A DNA stretch of 63,979 nucleotides, filler included. It is 10 parts of 10 records of this genome, joined end to end, with 100 filler letters (N's around TTAATTAATTAA, not from the genome) between each part and the next. Parts side by side here need not be neighbours in the genome. Positions count along the whole stretch, not along the records: positions 21,108 to 27,914 come from SRR7504441_583; positions 28,015 to 33,805 come from SRR7504441_584; positions 33,906 to 37,022 come from SRR7504441_600; 7 more parts are not named here. One strand, 5' to 3'. A program made the position numbers and the translations under genes. The notes beneath the pieces were generated by a model. The model saw only the letters and a program-made list of their open reading frames with translations, did no database searches and was not told the origin of the DNA. Positions 21,108-33,964 of the stretch are shown in pieces (positions within the stretch are counted from its first letter, which is position 1; every line of letters begins with the position of its first letter).

Positions 21108-23942
21108 CAGCAGCAAGCTCGCCCTCGGCTTGCTGCGACGCTTGCGATTTGCCTAACGCCTCATCGCTGTTGACCCGATTCGACGGGTTGAGCTGTTCGA
21201 GCTCAGCCACCAGCAAGGCCGCTCTCTCCTCGGCCTGATCCAGCTGTGCCCTCGCCTCGTCTGCCGCCAATTTGTTCTCTTCCATCTCGAGAAAGTAAAG
21301 CGACTTCCAGCTCCGCTTCTGCTCATCAGCCTCCTGCAGCACCCACACTCACAAACGCGAATCCAACGCTACGAAGGTCTTCGACCCATGGCGGCAAGCA
21401 GCTCTTAGACACACCTGCTGGAACGTGGCTATCCAGCTCTCCTGGCTGTCGTTTTGCCTGTGGGCACAGCTAGTTGCATGTTCCACCAGCTCAGTGACAG
21501 TCTGAAGCAGATAGACGATCTCCCGCTCTCTCTGCTCGCTCTGTCGCGCCAATTGCTCTGTAGTCTCTGTAGCAACCTTCTCAAGGGCCTTGTACTCCAA
21601 AGCCTGCACTCACCAGTCAGCGCCGTGCCCAGACCCATCCTACCTGCTTGCTTGTCTTATCCACTAGCTCCTCGAGCTTCACAATCTCTTGCCGTTCTCT
21701 CTCCGCTTCAATCGCCTGCGCGTCCTTGAGCGAGGTCGCAATCTCCTCCTGGCACTGCTCCAGCAACGTCCTAAGCGACGCGTTCTCCTGGGCGGCCTTA
21801 GCGCTGGAGGCCCGCCACCCGGCGAGCTGCTCTTCCATGTCTTGTTTCTGCTCCTTCAGCGACTCAATCTCCGCAAGGTGTCGCTCTGCAGACTGTCCCG
21901 TCTCGTGCTGCAGGGAAACCAGCTGCTGCCGCAACTCTGACAAGTCCTGCCGGGAGGAGTAAGTGTGCAAGTCGCACCCCTGAGCCAGGATGATACAAAC
22001 AGAAGTTGGGCAGGACGGGGTGTTGCCTGCTCGGCTGTTTCATGCTCCCCTCTGAGAGTGGCCAGCTTGTCCTCGTTCACCTGCGACCCGGTCAGTCAGC
22101 ACCTGTGATATGTCCTGATCAAAAGATCGAACGCAACTAGCTAATGGCCGTGGACGAGTCGTCACCGTGACGCTAATGCGGTGAGCCTGTTCTAAATCCT
22201 CAAGTTGCTCTGCGCTCTCCCTGGCCTCTGCCCTGCTCCTTCCGGGTTAGCATGTGCAACGCCCTGCCGGCCACCTGCACTGCGCCACCTCGCTTCTCAG
22301 CTGCGCAATTGTATCTTCCTGCACACCCTGCCCACGACTCAGGGGACCACAACCGCAAACATAACAACACCTGCAGCGTTGTCTTGTTTTCAAGGCTCTC
22401 AGATAAATCATCAACCGCTCGCTCACTCCGCCCCAACTCCTCGACAAGCGCACCGTTCTGCGCCTCGAGCACGGCCCTGCCCAGGCCTCGCACCCAATCC
22501 AGCCCAAGCAGGCACCGGGACTTCTCCGCCTCTTGCAATGCCTCTGCTGTGCTGCTCCCCAGTCGTCTGCTTTGGCCGAGCTCCGCCTCAAGAGACTCAA
22601 CCTAAAAATAAAATCAGTTCAGGCCAACAGCTCGCCGAGCACTGCTCGTGTTAAGTCGGAGTGTGACCTGTTCGAGGAGTAGCAGCTGCTCGGTGGCTTG
22701 ATCGGTGACTATCTGACTCGCCTGGAGTGCCTGGTATTCGATCACTCAACTGACTAGCTCGCCGCCCACCTGCTGCAGCTGGCCCTTGTGTGCACCGTGC
22801 TCGTGCCGCCTTAACTGTACCTGCCTAATTAGGAACCTGCATAGTGTAACAGGGTGCCTCCTGCTGAGCCAGCATCTGCCCTGCCCGTTGGCATCCCTCT
22901 TCTAGCACCTGAAGCCCGACTCACACCCCCTGATAGCCCTGCCCACCTTCTCCCTCGCCTCCATCGCATGCACTTGCGACCGCAATGCCTCAACCTCCCC
23001 CATTCCCTAACCAACCCTCAGCCCCACCCCCTCGGCCGAACCTCACCGGCTCCTCCAGCTGCAGCCTGAGCTCATCTCTCTCCTTCTGCACCGCCCGCAC
23101 CTCCCGGCCCGCTCGCTCCGTTACCTCCTCCATTCTCTCCAACTCACACTCCAGTGACTGCACCTAACCGACAGCGTGGATCCTCGACCGACCCCTCGCA
23201 GCCACCTGACAGTCCAACCTGTCCAACAGCAGCACGTCCTCCGCCCCCAGCCCGGCCTCCCTCAGCAGCTCCAGCTCGGCCTCCTTCCGCTCCAAACGGG
23301 CCGTCAGCTCTGTCCGTTGGCTCTAGGCACGCCCGTCCGGGAGCCACCTGCTCTCTCAGCCTGCCGCCCGCGCTCCCACAGCTCGATCCGCTCAGCAACC
23401 TGCCACTCATCGCGCCGCGCTGCACAGTCGAGCGCACCTCCGCGGCCAGCCTGTCCAGCAGCTGGCACGCCGCTTCCTGCCGATCGGATCCGTCGAGCAG
23501 CTCCCGCAGCTCCGCGGCGCCCTCGCCAAGACAGCCCCTGCAGGCTTCTCCGACCCGCTCGGCACGCTGTGAGCGCCACAGCCCCGCCGCACCCACTGCC
23601 AGCCCACGCCCTGAGCCCCGGCCACCGCCCATGTACCTGGGCTGACGCAGACACTGTTTTCTGGGTCGGCCGTGCCCCGCTGCCCGGCTGCCGCTGGCTC
23701 TCCAGTCCGGACTTCTCTGTCGAAAGAGAGTACACGTGACCCTGGGGAGTCTGCCCGGCCGCACTGGGCGCAGGCCACGGCCCCGGGCGGGTTGGCCGCC
23801 CCGCAGTGCCCGCAGACGCTCCAGAGATCCATCCGGCCCGCCTGCAACCAGTCTGAGCGGGCAGTCGAGAGCGGCCGGCCACCTGCTCGGCCTGGAGCAG
23901 CAGCAGGTCCAGCCCGCGGCCCGGCGGCCCGGTCGATGCCAT
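21108..23942 (-). CDS. Multi-exon coiled-coil protein with an N-terminal RanBP2-type zinc finger (3' truncated)
   Basis: WSVCGHCGAANPPGAVACAQCG fits W-x-C-x2-C-x3-N-x6-C-x2-C. Downstream exons are E/Q/L-rich heptads with many short GT-AG introns. Confidence 0.6.
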
Positions 23943-24075
23943 AATCCCCGCCCCCCGGGCACACGGCGCGCGCGCACGACAAGCAGACGTGCACCTTCGC
24001 CTGGGGCTGCTGCTGCCAAACCCGAATCTCTGCAGTGTTTCTAACGGAACTCACTGTTCTGGCTGCTCCTCGACG

Positions 24076-25409
24076 ATGCGAGCCTTCGCCGTGGCCGGGC
24101 TGCTGGTGGGGCTGGCCTCTGGGCTGGACAACGGGGCCGCCCTGACGCCCCCGATGGCATGGTCCTCCTGGAACGCCTTCCACTGCGCGATCAACAGCTC
24201 GCTGCTCCTGCAGATAGCCGACGTCATGAACCGCTCCGGTATGCTCGCGGCCGGGTGCGCCCCAACTGCCGCCGGCTGTCTGACGGCAATGGAACAGCTA
24301 CGCGACCCTCAACATCGACGATTGCTGGCCTGCGCGCGCCCGTGATTCTGCCGGGCGAATCGTGCCAGATCCTTCAAAGTTCCCGGGTGGCATGGCCGAG
24401 TTCGGACGGGCGCTGCGGGCGCGGGGGGTGGGACTGGGGATCTACACCGCGCACGGGAACAAGACCTGCGCCGGGTTCCCGGGCTCTCTAGGGCACGAGT
24501 TGCAGACGCCGCGGCGTACAAGGCCTGGGGTGTTCAGTTTGTGAAGAACGACTGGTTTGACGGCTCAAACCGCCGCCGTTGAGGGCAGCGGTGCAGGTGC
24601 TGGCACCACGAGCCGGACCAGCGGGAGCACCTGGCTGCGTTCAATCGAATGCGCGACGCGCTCAACGGCACCGGTTCGAGCATGGTTCACTCGGTGCACT
24701 GGAACTATGAAGACACCCCAGGCCCAGGAGGCTGTGTCCGGTGTCACTCCACCCTGCGTGGAGCTTGGACTCACCGTAACGGTGCAGCGGCGATGACTGC
24801 CCGCTGCCGTTGACTGCCAACATGTGGCGAGTCGGGGGCGACATCGGGCCGAGCTGGGAGTCGGTGCTGCGGCTGCTGGACTTGAATGCGAAGCACAGCG
24901 CGGCGGCCGGCCCGGGCCAGTTTAACGACATGGACATGCTGGAGGTGGGCAACGGGATGACTGCGGCGCAGGATCGGGCCCACTTTAGCATATGGGCCAT
25001 CATGGCAAGTCCGTTGATCGCAGGGAACGATCTGAGATCGATGTCCGTGGCGACCGCCGCGATACTCACCAACAGACATGCCATTTCCGTTAACCAGGAC
25101 AGCCTGGCCCGGCAAGCCGTGCTCATCTGGCCGGCCGGCGCGGAGCCAAGTCCGCAGCAGGTCTGGGCGAAGCCGCTGAGCTCGCCTAGAAGCTCGTGGG
25201 CTTTGCTGTTGCTCAACAGAGTCAACCAGACAGGATCGATTAAGTTCCGGTTTGATCAGCTGCCCGGAGTTAACGGAAGCTCACGGTTTGATGTGCTGGA
25301 CCTGTGGCAAGAGGCCAAGGTTGTAGGGGCGGCGCGGCAAGCGGTGGAGGAGGCGGTGCCTGGGACTTCTGCGCAATTGTACAAGCTAGTTCCGAGTGAG
25401 TTAGAGTGA
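24076..25409 (+). CDS. Alpha-galactosidase / alpha-N-acetylgalactosaminidase, glycoside hydrolase family 27 (1-nt frameshift at ~24505)
   Basis: Signal peptide, then LDNGAALTPPMAWSSWNAF, LNIDDCW, PDPSKFPGG, TCAGFPGS, VKNDWC, ANMWRVGGDI, FNDMDMLEVGNG and HFSIWAIMASPLIAGNDL. Three GT-AG introns. Confidence 0.93.
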
Positions 25410-25607
25410 GTAGCAATTCATAAGGAATTCAAAACACTGCCGTCGATTATCGACGTGCGAGTGCAGAACGGGCTTTCAACCGAATCATGACATATTTGCA
25501 AAGTTACATACATCCAAAGCTTTATTGAGATCGCAGGACGAAACAGACAACACTGAGACATCGGACAACGCAGGGACAACGATAATGGTTTTAATCGGCT
25601 TTGAAGC

Positions 25608-26946
25608 TTAATTAAAACGCCTCGCCCTGACAAGGTACAGCGCCTCGTCCTGCGCGATGCCGTCCACCGCCGAGTCGTACAGCCATTGCTTGCTCACCAC
25701 AGGAATCCGACACGCCACCGCCGTCTCAAACTTGGCCCCGATCGCTTCCCTCGCTATCAGCTGGGTGACCCGTGTAGTCAGACTGGGTGAGAACGTGCCG
25801 CCGTGGCTCACCACCACCTGAGTCGACAGATTATTCCGTTATTCGGAAGGTAACACACCTTGCTCAGCATCTCGCGGGACATCCGGTCAAACCCCGTCAC
25901 ACACACCTTACACCCGAGGAGCGCGGGCGGCCTGTACTGCACTGCAGGCCTCCGCGCGCCGCTCCGGACAGCGTCCCACACCCAGGCGGCCGTCACCGGG
26001 GCGCACCGGAGCCGCCGCCCGACGTGGGACTTGCGCGAACAGTTGGAGCCGGTCACCAGGTGAGTGGCCCGGGCGTCAAGCCACGGATGGCAGGCTCCGC
26101 CCAGCGCCGTCAGCGCCGCGCTGATCTGTTTGGTCTCCTCTTTGCTGAACCTGCCCCGATGTTAACTGCTCACGCCTGCCAACATCTCTCGACCCACCCG
26201 GTGCAGCAGGCCACAACCCCACGGAACAGATGCCGGCGGGCCACCATTCCAGCCCGGACAGGCCCGGCGAACAGACCGCCCCCACTGGGGATCAAGTCCC
26301 GCCAGACAGCCTCCTGGCTCCCGAGCAGTTGAGCCAGTCCGTTGCAGGTCGCCCCGAGCGCCCGGAGGCCAGTGAGGCTCACCCCGTGACCGCAGATCCG
26401 GAGCACCAGCTCACCAGGGAGCGCGGCGAGCCCGCCGACCGGCCAGCGCGGGCCGCGGATCGGGCGGGGGGGGAGCTGGAGGCGGGTCCGCCGGGCCGGC
26501 TGTGGGCTGGCCGGCTGGGTGGGCGGCACCCGGAGCGTACTTCCCACTGGGCCGTGCCGATCCATTGGTCGTCAGGAGGTGCGGTGTTGGGCTGGCCGAT
26601 GTTTTCCGTTGGACCAGCGAAATGGGTGCCGTGAAGGGTACTGGCGGTGGGGGGGGTGGCTGGCTGACCGTGCGGGCAGCCGCGGGCTGGTGCTGCTCGA
26701 TCACCTCGGGCTTCTCGGTGGCGTTCCTGGTGCGGCCCGGCCCCAGCCCTGCCCCAGCCCTGGCGCAGGTCGTCCTCGGGCTCGCGTTGGCTGGTGGGAC
26801 TGACCTCCTGGGCGAGATCGACGGGAGCAAAGCCGACGCGGCCAGCCGGTGCTACTACGCCGCCGCGGTGCCCCCGGTCTGGCAGCCCGAGTCCGAGCCC
26901 CGGTCCAGGTGTACGCCGCGTTCTTTGGGCTTTCCGTGGTAGCCAT
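25608..26946 (-). CDS. F-box plus tandem BRCT domain protein (multi-exon)
   Basis: F-box LAALPGELVLRIC...LRALGATC...W. BRCT motifs PVTAAWVWDA, LLGCKVCVTGF, HGGTFSPSLTTRVTQLIA and IPVVSKQWLYDS. The 5' exon structure is uncertain. Confidence 0.65.
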
Positions 26947-27636
26947 ATTATTCGGCAGCGAGGATGCGTCGACCGTGCGCAAGCTGGAAATGTAACCAGG
27001 GCTCGGGGACGGCTGGGACGCCGGTGGGCTCGGATTGCGCGGTGAGGGGGGTGTCTGCTGGAGCGCGGGCGTCGGCGGGCGCAGGGATCGCTGGATGTGT
27101 TTCTTGATCTGGCGGTGAGGTCCGGCGCCAGGGATTGCCTAGTACTCCCGACAAAAGGAGTATGTGTTGCGCGGCTGTAAAGTGTACCGATCCTGAACTC
27201 TTAGCTTTCTGGGTTAAGTCAGGAATGCAACCACGGGAGTTTATACTTACGATATTTAAAAATACGACAATCGGATTACCGTACAAGATGAATTCGCCTT
27301 TACAGCTTCAATGTGTATGCTGCCTAGATCCGTCCCCCATCAAAGCCGTACTCTTAGATTGTCGTCAATTTGAGGTAGGCGTTAATTCGTTGCAAATTCA
27401 TTGAATAAGTACGAGGCATTTAATTTATTTACGATCATCATTTCAAGCGCGCGCATGGATGATCGATCCGCTCCTTCTCGAGGGCGATCCGCTCCTCCTA
27501 TCATGCGGTGAACCTCTTCTCCAAGGCCTTGTCGGAGGCTCCCTTGGTCACTTGTAACTTTGGGTCCTCATGATCAACTCCGCGTCGGTTGGACCTGCAA
27601 CGGCTTTACCGGCGCACCTCGGAGCTCGTCACAGCA

Positions 27637-27914
27637 ATGGGGCAGAGCTGCTCGACCACCTGCGGGCTGTACGGCTCGGACGAGCTGGACGAGCCGACCT
27701 TCGAGCCCGGGCCCGGCCGCGGCGAGCCGGCCATGACGCGGACAGTCTGCAAGACGGTCAATGGCCAGCGGTGCCTCCGCCGGCCAACCGGCATTAATGA
27801 AGCGGGGCAGCACGGTGACGGTCATCTCCTACAACCACGACGGCGAGATGATCTCGCGCACCACAACCGCCGAGCCGGTCCAGACAAACGCGGCCGGACG
27901 GGCCGCGGCCAGCC
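27637..27914 (+). CDS. Hypothetical protein, N-terminal fragment with MGxxCSxxC dual-acylation-like start
   Basis: MGQSCSTTCG..., host-like GC3 codon use, one ~40-nt intron, cut by the linker. Confidence 0.4.
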
Positions 27915-28014
27915 NNNNNNNNNNNNNNNNNNNNNNNNNNNNNNNNNNNNNNNNNNNNTTAATTAATTAANNNNNNNNNNNNNNNNNNNNNNNNNNNNNN
28001 NNNNNNNNNNNNNN

Positions 28015-28676
28015 GACCTTTCCCCTAGGCCTGGTGCCTCTGGTGTTGTAGTCCTCGTCCGAGTAGTCATCTTGCCCGAGCTCGTCGTCGCTGTAACCCT
28101 CGGGTGCCACGGTCTGCCGACACTAGCCTGGCACCCGGCCCGCGCGGCACCTTAACAGTCGGCCGTAGCGAGTGCCGGCCGCCCTGAATTCGCTCTCGTG
28201 TAACCAGCGGCTCCTGCGGACACGATCAGACCTGCGCCGTCTGCGGGCGCGCCGTCGGGAGGATCTGCGGGGGCGGGGGCAGCACAGGCTTCATCTGGCG
28301 ACCGGGCTGGCAGGGGCGGCGAGGGGGGGACTGACTGTGGTCAACTTCTTGGCCTCGCGGACCACCTCCCGCTTGAAGGTAATGAACTGGGCGCTGTCGT
28401 TCCTGTGGCTCACCTCGCTGCTGTTCCGGTCGGCCTGCCCCCCGAGCTGACCGGCGGGCGGTGGGGGCCTACCCCGTGCGAGATGCTGTCCGACTCCTCG
28501 TTGCTCGGGCTGCCGAGCTCCTGCTTGGCCCTCTGCAGCGCCTGGCCGACCGACTGGGCGGCCAGATGACAGGCCGGCCGCGCCTTGAGGTTGACCGTGA
28601 TGGTCGACTTGTCGTTCATGCCGAAACAATCCTCATCTCCCTTACGGCTGTGCTGCCGCCATAGTTTGAGAGCCAA
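28015..28676 (-). CDS. Hypothetical multi-exon protein (3' truncated)
   Basis: ORFs 28410-28676 and 28291-28629 can be joined by short GT-AG introns. No domain recognised. Confidence 0.4.
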
Positions 28677-28865
28677 CAGAAAGTTTCTGATCCGGCTGCG
28701 AGCTCAGGCGCGCTGCATGGCCATGGGTTCGTGCCTGGTAGTGCCTGGGTTATTTAAAGCGATCGATCGCGAATAGATCGCGAGGCGGTATGCACTACAA
28801 TACCTTGTAACGGACGGGCAGCATGCAGCTGCACGGATTACTCTAAGGTCTAGCGTCGCGGGTGC

Positions 28866-31453
28866 TTACGAAATTACACACTTGCACTCCGACGTATCCT
28901 TGTGGGTTCGTCCAGAGAATTCGAGCTCAGCGGGCTCCGTGTCATCTTGAAGCGAACGCTTTGCTAGCCTTGCCGGGGGCGGGGGGCTGGTCGATGTAAC
29001 CCTATCATCCACAACCCCGACCCCGTTTGCCATCGGCTTATCCGAGCCCTGTAGTCGACTGATCTGAGCGAGCAGCGCTGTTTCCCTTTGGGCGGCTTCA
29101 CTCCGGGTCTTCACAAGCTCTCTCCGTGTATCCGCCAGCGCCGCCACCTCCCGCTCCCCCGCTACTGCTCTGCCCATGCGGGCCGTCCGCGCTTCGGCGG
29201 CCTCTGCCCGGACCTGCTGCTCGACCGCGGACTCTGCTGCCGCAACAGCGTCCCGCTCGGCATCCTGGAGGAAGCCATGGACTTGCGCCAGCTCCTGCTC
29301 GGCCTCAGCAAGCTGCCGCTCGGCCCTGCCCTGCGCTATCTGCGCCTCGCGCAGCCGCTCGTCGGACTGCTCCGCCCGGGCCTCGGCCTCCGCAGTCGAC
29401 TGCCGGAGCTCGCCCACCGTGCTCCCGGCCGCGCTGGCTATCTGGGCCAGCTCTGCTTGCATCGTGTCGCCCTGCATGAGCGCATCGGTGAGCTGCGAGT
29501 TGTGCTCCTTGACCGAATCGAGCTCGGTACTCATCTGGCTTGATGCAGCCTCCAGCCGCTCCAGCTTGTCGCTGAGCTTCTTGGCCAGGCTCCGGTCTGT
29601 AGCAGCTCTCTCCTCGGCCATCTCAGCTTGTGCAGTCGCCGCATCCTTCGCCGCCGACTCGTGCCGTGCCGTCTCGGCGAGCCTGAGAGCCTGGCTCGCA
29701 TCCTCCGAGGCCCGGCTCAAGGCCTCGACAGCCCGCTCGGCCCTCAGCTGCTCGTCCTCGGCCATCTCTTCGGCGGCGTCGGCTCTTGCACGCTCCTCCG
29801 CCAGCCGAGTACGAGCCTCGACTGCTTGGCATTCGACTTCCAATAGCCGACTCCGCGACCTCACAGACTCTGTCCCTTCGGCTGACCTGCTCGCCACCAC
29901 GCGTGCTGCCAGCCTGGCCCGATCAGCCAGCGAGCGCTCGACTGCGACTAACTTCTTGGTGTCGGCCAGCTCTTCCTCTAGCTCGCGCCGTCGCTCGAGC
30001 GCGGCCTCCTGCCTGGCCCGGGCCTCGCGGGCCTGCTGCTTGGCGATCGCCAGGAGCGAGCTCAGCTCCGCCACCTCCGCTTGGTGCTGGGCGCTGTCCG
30101 GGTGGGTCTGGGGGGCCTGCTTGAGCTGGCTGGCCATCGCTGCCCGGTGCTGTTTGGCAACTTCCAGTTCCCTCTCAAGCGCAACGATCCTCGCACCGTG
30201 CTCGCGCTGCTCGGTCGCCATCTCGTGCCGTAGCCTGTGCACCTAGCCCGGCCGTCACGCCCCACTCTAGGCTCGCGCACCTCCGAGAGTAACTCGCGAG
30301 CGCTCAGCCGCCTCTCGGCCTGGCAGTAAGTCCTCTCGACAGCTTTGCACTGGTCGGCGAATTCGAGCGTATTCTGGGTGGCGTGGTACTGCATCCGGTG
30401 CGGCGAGCAGGTGACCAGCATAGTGGCCAAGCTGTTCCCCCCGAGCACGTCCCGGAGCACCCAGGTGAGTGTCGAGTCTGTCCAGCTGCCGTCAGCACCG
30501 CCCACAGCCTGGGCACCGCGGTACGGCGGGAGCATCTTGCCCTTTTTGTCCGAGAGCGCCTTGATCACCAGTCCAAGCGTCAACAGATCCATGTTGACCT
30601 GCAGACAGCTCACAGCCGCACTCGAGCCAGGCACCGCAGTGGTCTCATCAATTGCCCCTCCGGAGACCAGCGGCTCACTCCCCATTAAATCCACAAAGTA
30701 AAGCGCCGACTCGGACCTACTCGTGTCCTCGTATCGCCGTTGGAGCTTAAACACAATCACCGCGTGTGATCGCGAACTGACTGGATTCAGAGGCATCCAC
30801 GCGTACCTGCGCTTGTCCTGGCCCAGTCTGACCGCCTGGTGTGCCTCGGCCTCGCTCTCGACCACAACCTCCGCCATCATGCTCATGTGCCTGTTCTCCC
30901 GCCCGGCCAACTTGGGGCACTTGCCCTCGATGTCCGTGCTGAGCAAGTCGTAAACCTGGAATCTTACAACTCAGAGCTGAGCAAGCTGGCCGCCGACCTC
31001 GCCCTTGTAAACCTCGAAGAAGCACATGCTGCAACGGACCTGCTCCGCCGTCCCCTGCAGCGCCGCGAACAGATCGTGCAGCGCCCTGGGCACAATCCCG
31101 CGAAGATCCCCCTCCAACTCGCCCTCCTTACCGAACATGCTGTACGTCTTCCCGCCCCCGCTCTGCCCGTATGCGAACATCCCGGCGTTGAAGCCTCTGA
31201 GCACCTGTTTCACCAGCGGCCTGGCCGTCTGGTTGTAACAGCGCTCCTGGCTGGTGGCCTGGTCGAGCACCGTATTGAATCGGCGGTACACCTGCCCGCG
31301 CCGCCGGTCCTCGATTGCCTTCCCCCGGAGCTCGAAAGGAGCCATCCCCTGCGGCTCGTCCTGGTCGGTACTCTCCTCCAGTTCATTAAGCGGCCGGAAT
31401 CTCGCGACAACCGCCACCTCGCCCTCCAGCGCCGTCGGCTCCGAGTTGTCCAT
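28866..31453 (-). CDS. Kinesin (N-terminal motor, coiled-coil stalk, C-terminal CaaX box)
   Basis: VVARFRP, GFNAGMFAYGQSGGGKTYSM, FFEVY, NPVSSRSH, FVDLMGSE, PYRDSTLTWVLRDVLGGNS, TLEFA. Four short introns. Ends SECKCVIS*. Confidence 0.93.
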
Positions 31454-32005
31454 GGCTGAAGGCTGCTGTAGGCTGGCCGACAACCTTAACGGGCACAGCG
31501 AGATTTGCGTTCACGCCAGCCGGCTACTTGAATAGCGGTACAGCCTGCCGCAATACACTGTACGCGAATACGATTGTAGTCAAGAGTAGAACACCCGCCG
31601 AAGAAAAAAGAATACATGTAATCGCGAGTGTAATATGCTTTAGCCCCCGAAGCCGAGCGCGCTTGCAAGTGCATCTATATATGTACGTTCTTCATTGATA
31701 AGCCGCAACGCCGCAACGACTTCGTTGATTATTCCAGATAATCATCGGGTAATTATTTAAACAAACTCATTTCATTGCAAGTATGACATCGCATGCATAT
31801 GCGTGTATAACCATAGTCGTATTCCAACGGCTCTTGGTTTATCTCGCCGTACCGAGGTAGCCTCAGCGGCCCGAAGCGAGCGGGCGCCAAAACTAATGAC
31901 CGCCTCCATTCTCGCGGGTGCTCCACTCTCTACGGCGAGCTGCCCGGCCCTCCTCATGCCGGTCGGCCGCCACGCGCAAGATCGTTCGCCATCGCCAGAG
32001 TTAGG

Positions 32006-32521
32006 TCATCCGGATTCTGCCGCGGGTACGGTGAGCACACGGGCAGCTGGACTAGGGGCACGGTGATCGGGGCAGGCGGGGGCAGGGGGTCTCCGGCAAA
32101 GCAGTGGAGGCCGGGCTGAAGCAGGGGACCGGGTGTCAGTGGGACCAGTACTAAGCAGGGGCGCGGCCGAGGAGCGGCAGAGCCAACTGGCGGAGGTGTA
32201 CGTACCCGGGTGTTGCATTGAGTCCCGCGGGATCACGCCGAGATCACCCACCGCGACTATTGTGAACGTGGCAGTCTGGCCGTCCGGCCGCGTGGCGACG
32301 CAGCTGTCCCCAACCTCTATGTTCTGCTTAGGAAACCGGAGCATATGCTGCCCGTCCTGTGCGACCTCCACAGTTAGTCCGTTGATCGCGTAGGTCCCGG
32401 AGCTCAGGTGGCTATGTTCACAGCGGCCGTCATGGTGGAACCGGACCGTCATGACGTCCGGCACGCCCGCGATTTTGAAGCTGATGTACTTTCCACGCGC
32501 AGCGAGCTGAGTGTCCTCCAT
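32006..32521 (-). CDS. Hypothetical beta-rich protein (3' exon structure unresolved)
   Basis: ATG ORF with a globular-looking first ~105 aa, divergent from the 32585 gene. Confidence 0.4.
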   Translation of the reverse strand: MEDTQLAARGKYISFKIAGVPDVMTVRFHHDGRCEHSHLSSGTYAINGLTVEVAQDGQHMLRFPKQNIEVGDSCVATRPDGQTATFTIVAVGDLGVIPRDSMQHPGTYTSASWLCRSSAAPLLSTGPTDTRSPASARPPLLCRRPPAPACPDHRAPSPAARVLTVPAAESG

Positions 32522-32584
32522 TCCCGAATCCCGGCGGCAATCCTAACGGCTTTGGGTGCGACCCGCTGACGGGTGGAGGCGGGG

Positions 32585-33735
32585 ATGGGGGATCCCGCCC
32601 TGGCCCGTCAGCTGCACGCCGCCCTGACCGAGGCAAACGGGCGGCCGCCTCACTTTCAGGTGCCGCTTGGGCTGCTGGCCGCACTTTATACCCGGCAGTG
32701 CCTGGTGGCGTGGTGCCTGCGATTCGAGCCCGACGCACACCAGCGAGAAATCGAGGCGTGCAGCCCCGGCCCGTCGGGCCGTGACGGTTGGGACAGTCCA
32801 GCCTGTGCGCTGCGCTCGGTGCCTCCCGGACCGGCCGGCTGGCTGACGGTGGCGAGCCGCTTGGGCCGGCTGAGTTCGCGTGCTGGCTGGATGTTTTGCT
32901 GGGCGAGTGCGACCCGGCAGAGTTGCCGGGGCTGCTGGAACGGATGCGCCGCGCAGTCCACGACTCTGAGCCGCCTGGGTACCAGCCCCCGCCCGCGTAC
33001 GAGCTGGAAGGCTGCACCAAGCTACCGTCGGCCCCGCCACCGGAGCGGCCGGAGCAGCCGGCTGCGGGTGAGGGGCCACCCGACTACTGGGACGCTGTGG
33101 GGGCTGACGCCCCTTCGGCGCCCAGCTGGGAGCGGCTGCACGAGGGCGAGCACCAGCTGGAGGGCACGCCGGCGGAGGGGGCAAGTGAGCAAGTCAGTTC
33201 ACAGGAGTTTGAGCCGGGAGATGCGGCGCTATCGGCAGCAGCGGTAAGTGCACACGAGGCTGCGGCGCGGCTGCGCGCTATGGAGGATGAAGGAGCGGCC
33301 GGCGAGATGGAGGCGATGGCAGTTCAGCTTGAGGCAATGGCTGCAGCGGAGCAGCTGACGGGGCCGCTCGATGGCCAAGCGGTTGCGGCTGCCCGGATGC
33401 GGCATGCAGTGGTGTGCCGGCTTGTAGCATCGAGCTGAGTGCGGCGGTGTAGGCCGCGAACAACTCGCTATACAGGCGTAGGCGGGTTGACGAGATCGAA
33501 TCGCGCCACGAGTCTCATAAGGGCGAGTGGGTGGCGGGTGATCAGGCTGGTCGGGCTGATGTTGAGGCTTAGGGCAGGCAAGTTTGTGGCCGGCAAGGGC
33601 TGGGAATTCGGCGGGCCAAATGATCACTGGTCATGTTGCGGCAGTCGTGACTTTAGTAGCCAATGCCCAAAGGCGAATGAAACCGATCCCTCGTCTGGGT
33701 TCTTTGAACGCTTCGTGCAACATATTTTTGATTAA
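32585..33735 (+). CDS. Hypothetical multi-exon protein with a C-terminal HWSCCG (Btk-zinc-finger-like) motif
   Basis: ORFs at 32573, 32788 and 33439 can be joined by short introns. C-terminus reads GKFVAGKGWEFGGPNDHWSCCGS...C. Confidence 0.45.
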
Positions 33736-33964
33736 ATTGATGAGCCTACCGTGTGTGTGCATTCTCCAACTGGCATTTGACTTACAAACCGGTTCATTTG
33801 GCTACNNNNNNNNNNNNNNNNNNNNNNNNNNNNNNNNNNNNNNNNNNNNTTAATTAATTAANNNNNNNNNNNNNNNNNNNNNNNNNNNNNNNNNNNNNNN
33901 NNNNNATCATGGTTGTAGTGCTGAGATGTACAGTACTACTTGTATATAGTCGATGTGATCGGCG

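Noticed and set aside
29176-30246. Long antisense or overlapping ORFs (for example 29176-30246, 43203-44144, 47341-48402, and the 5' extensions of the 7139 and 9811-10863 ORFs)
   Set aside because: They are shadow ORFs of GC-rich coding sequence, with Ser/Ala/Arg-biased translations and no domains.
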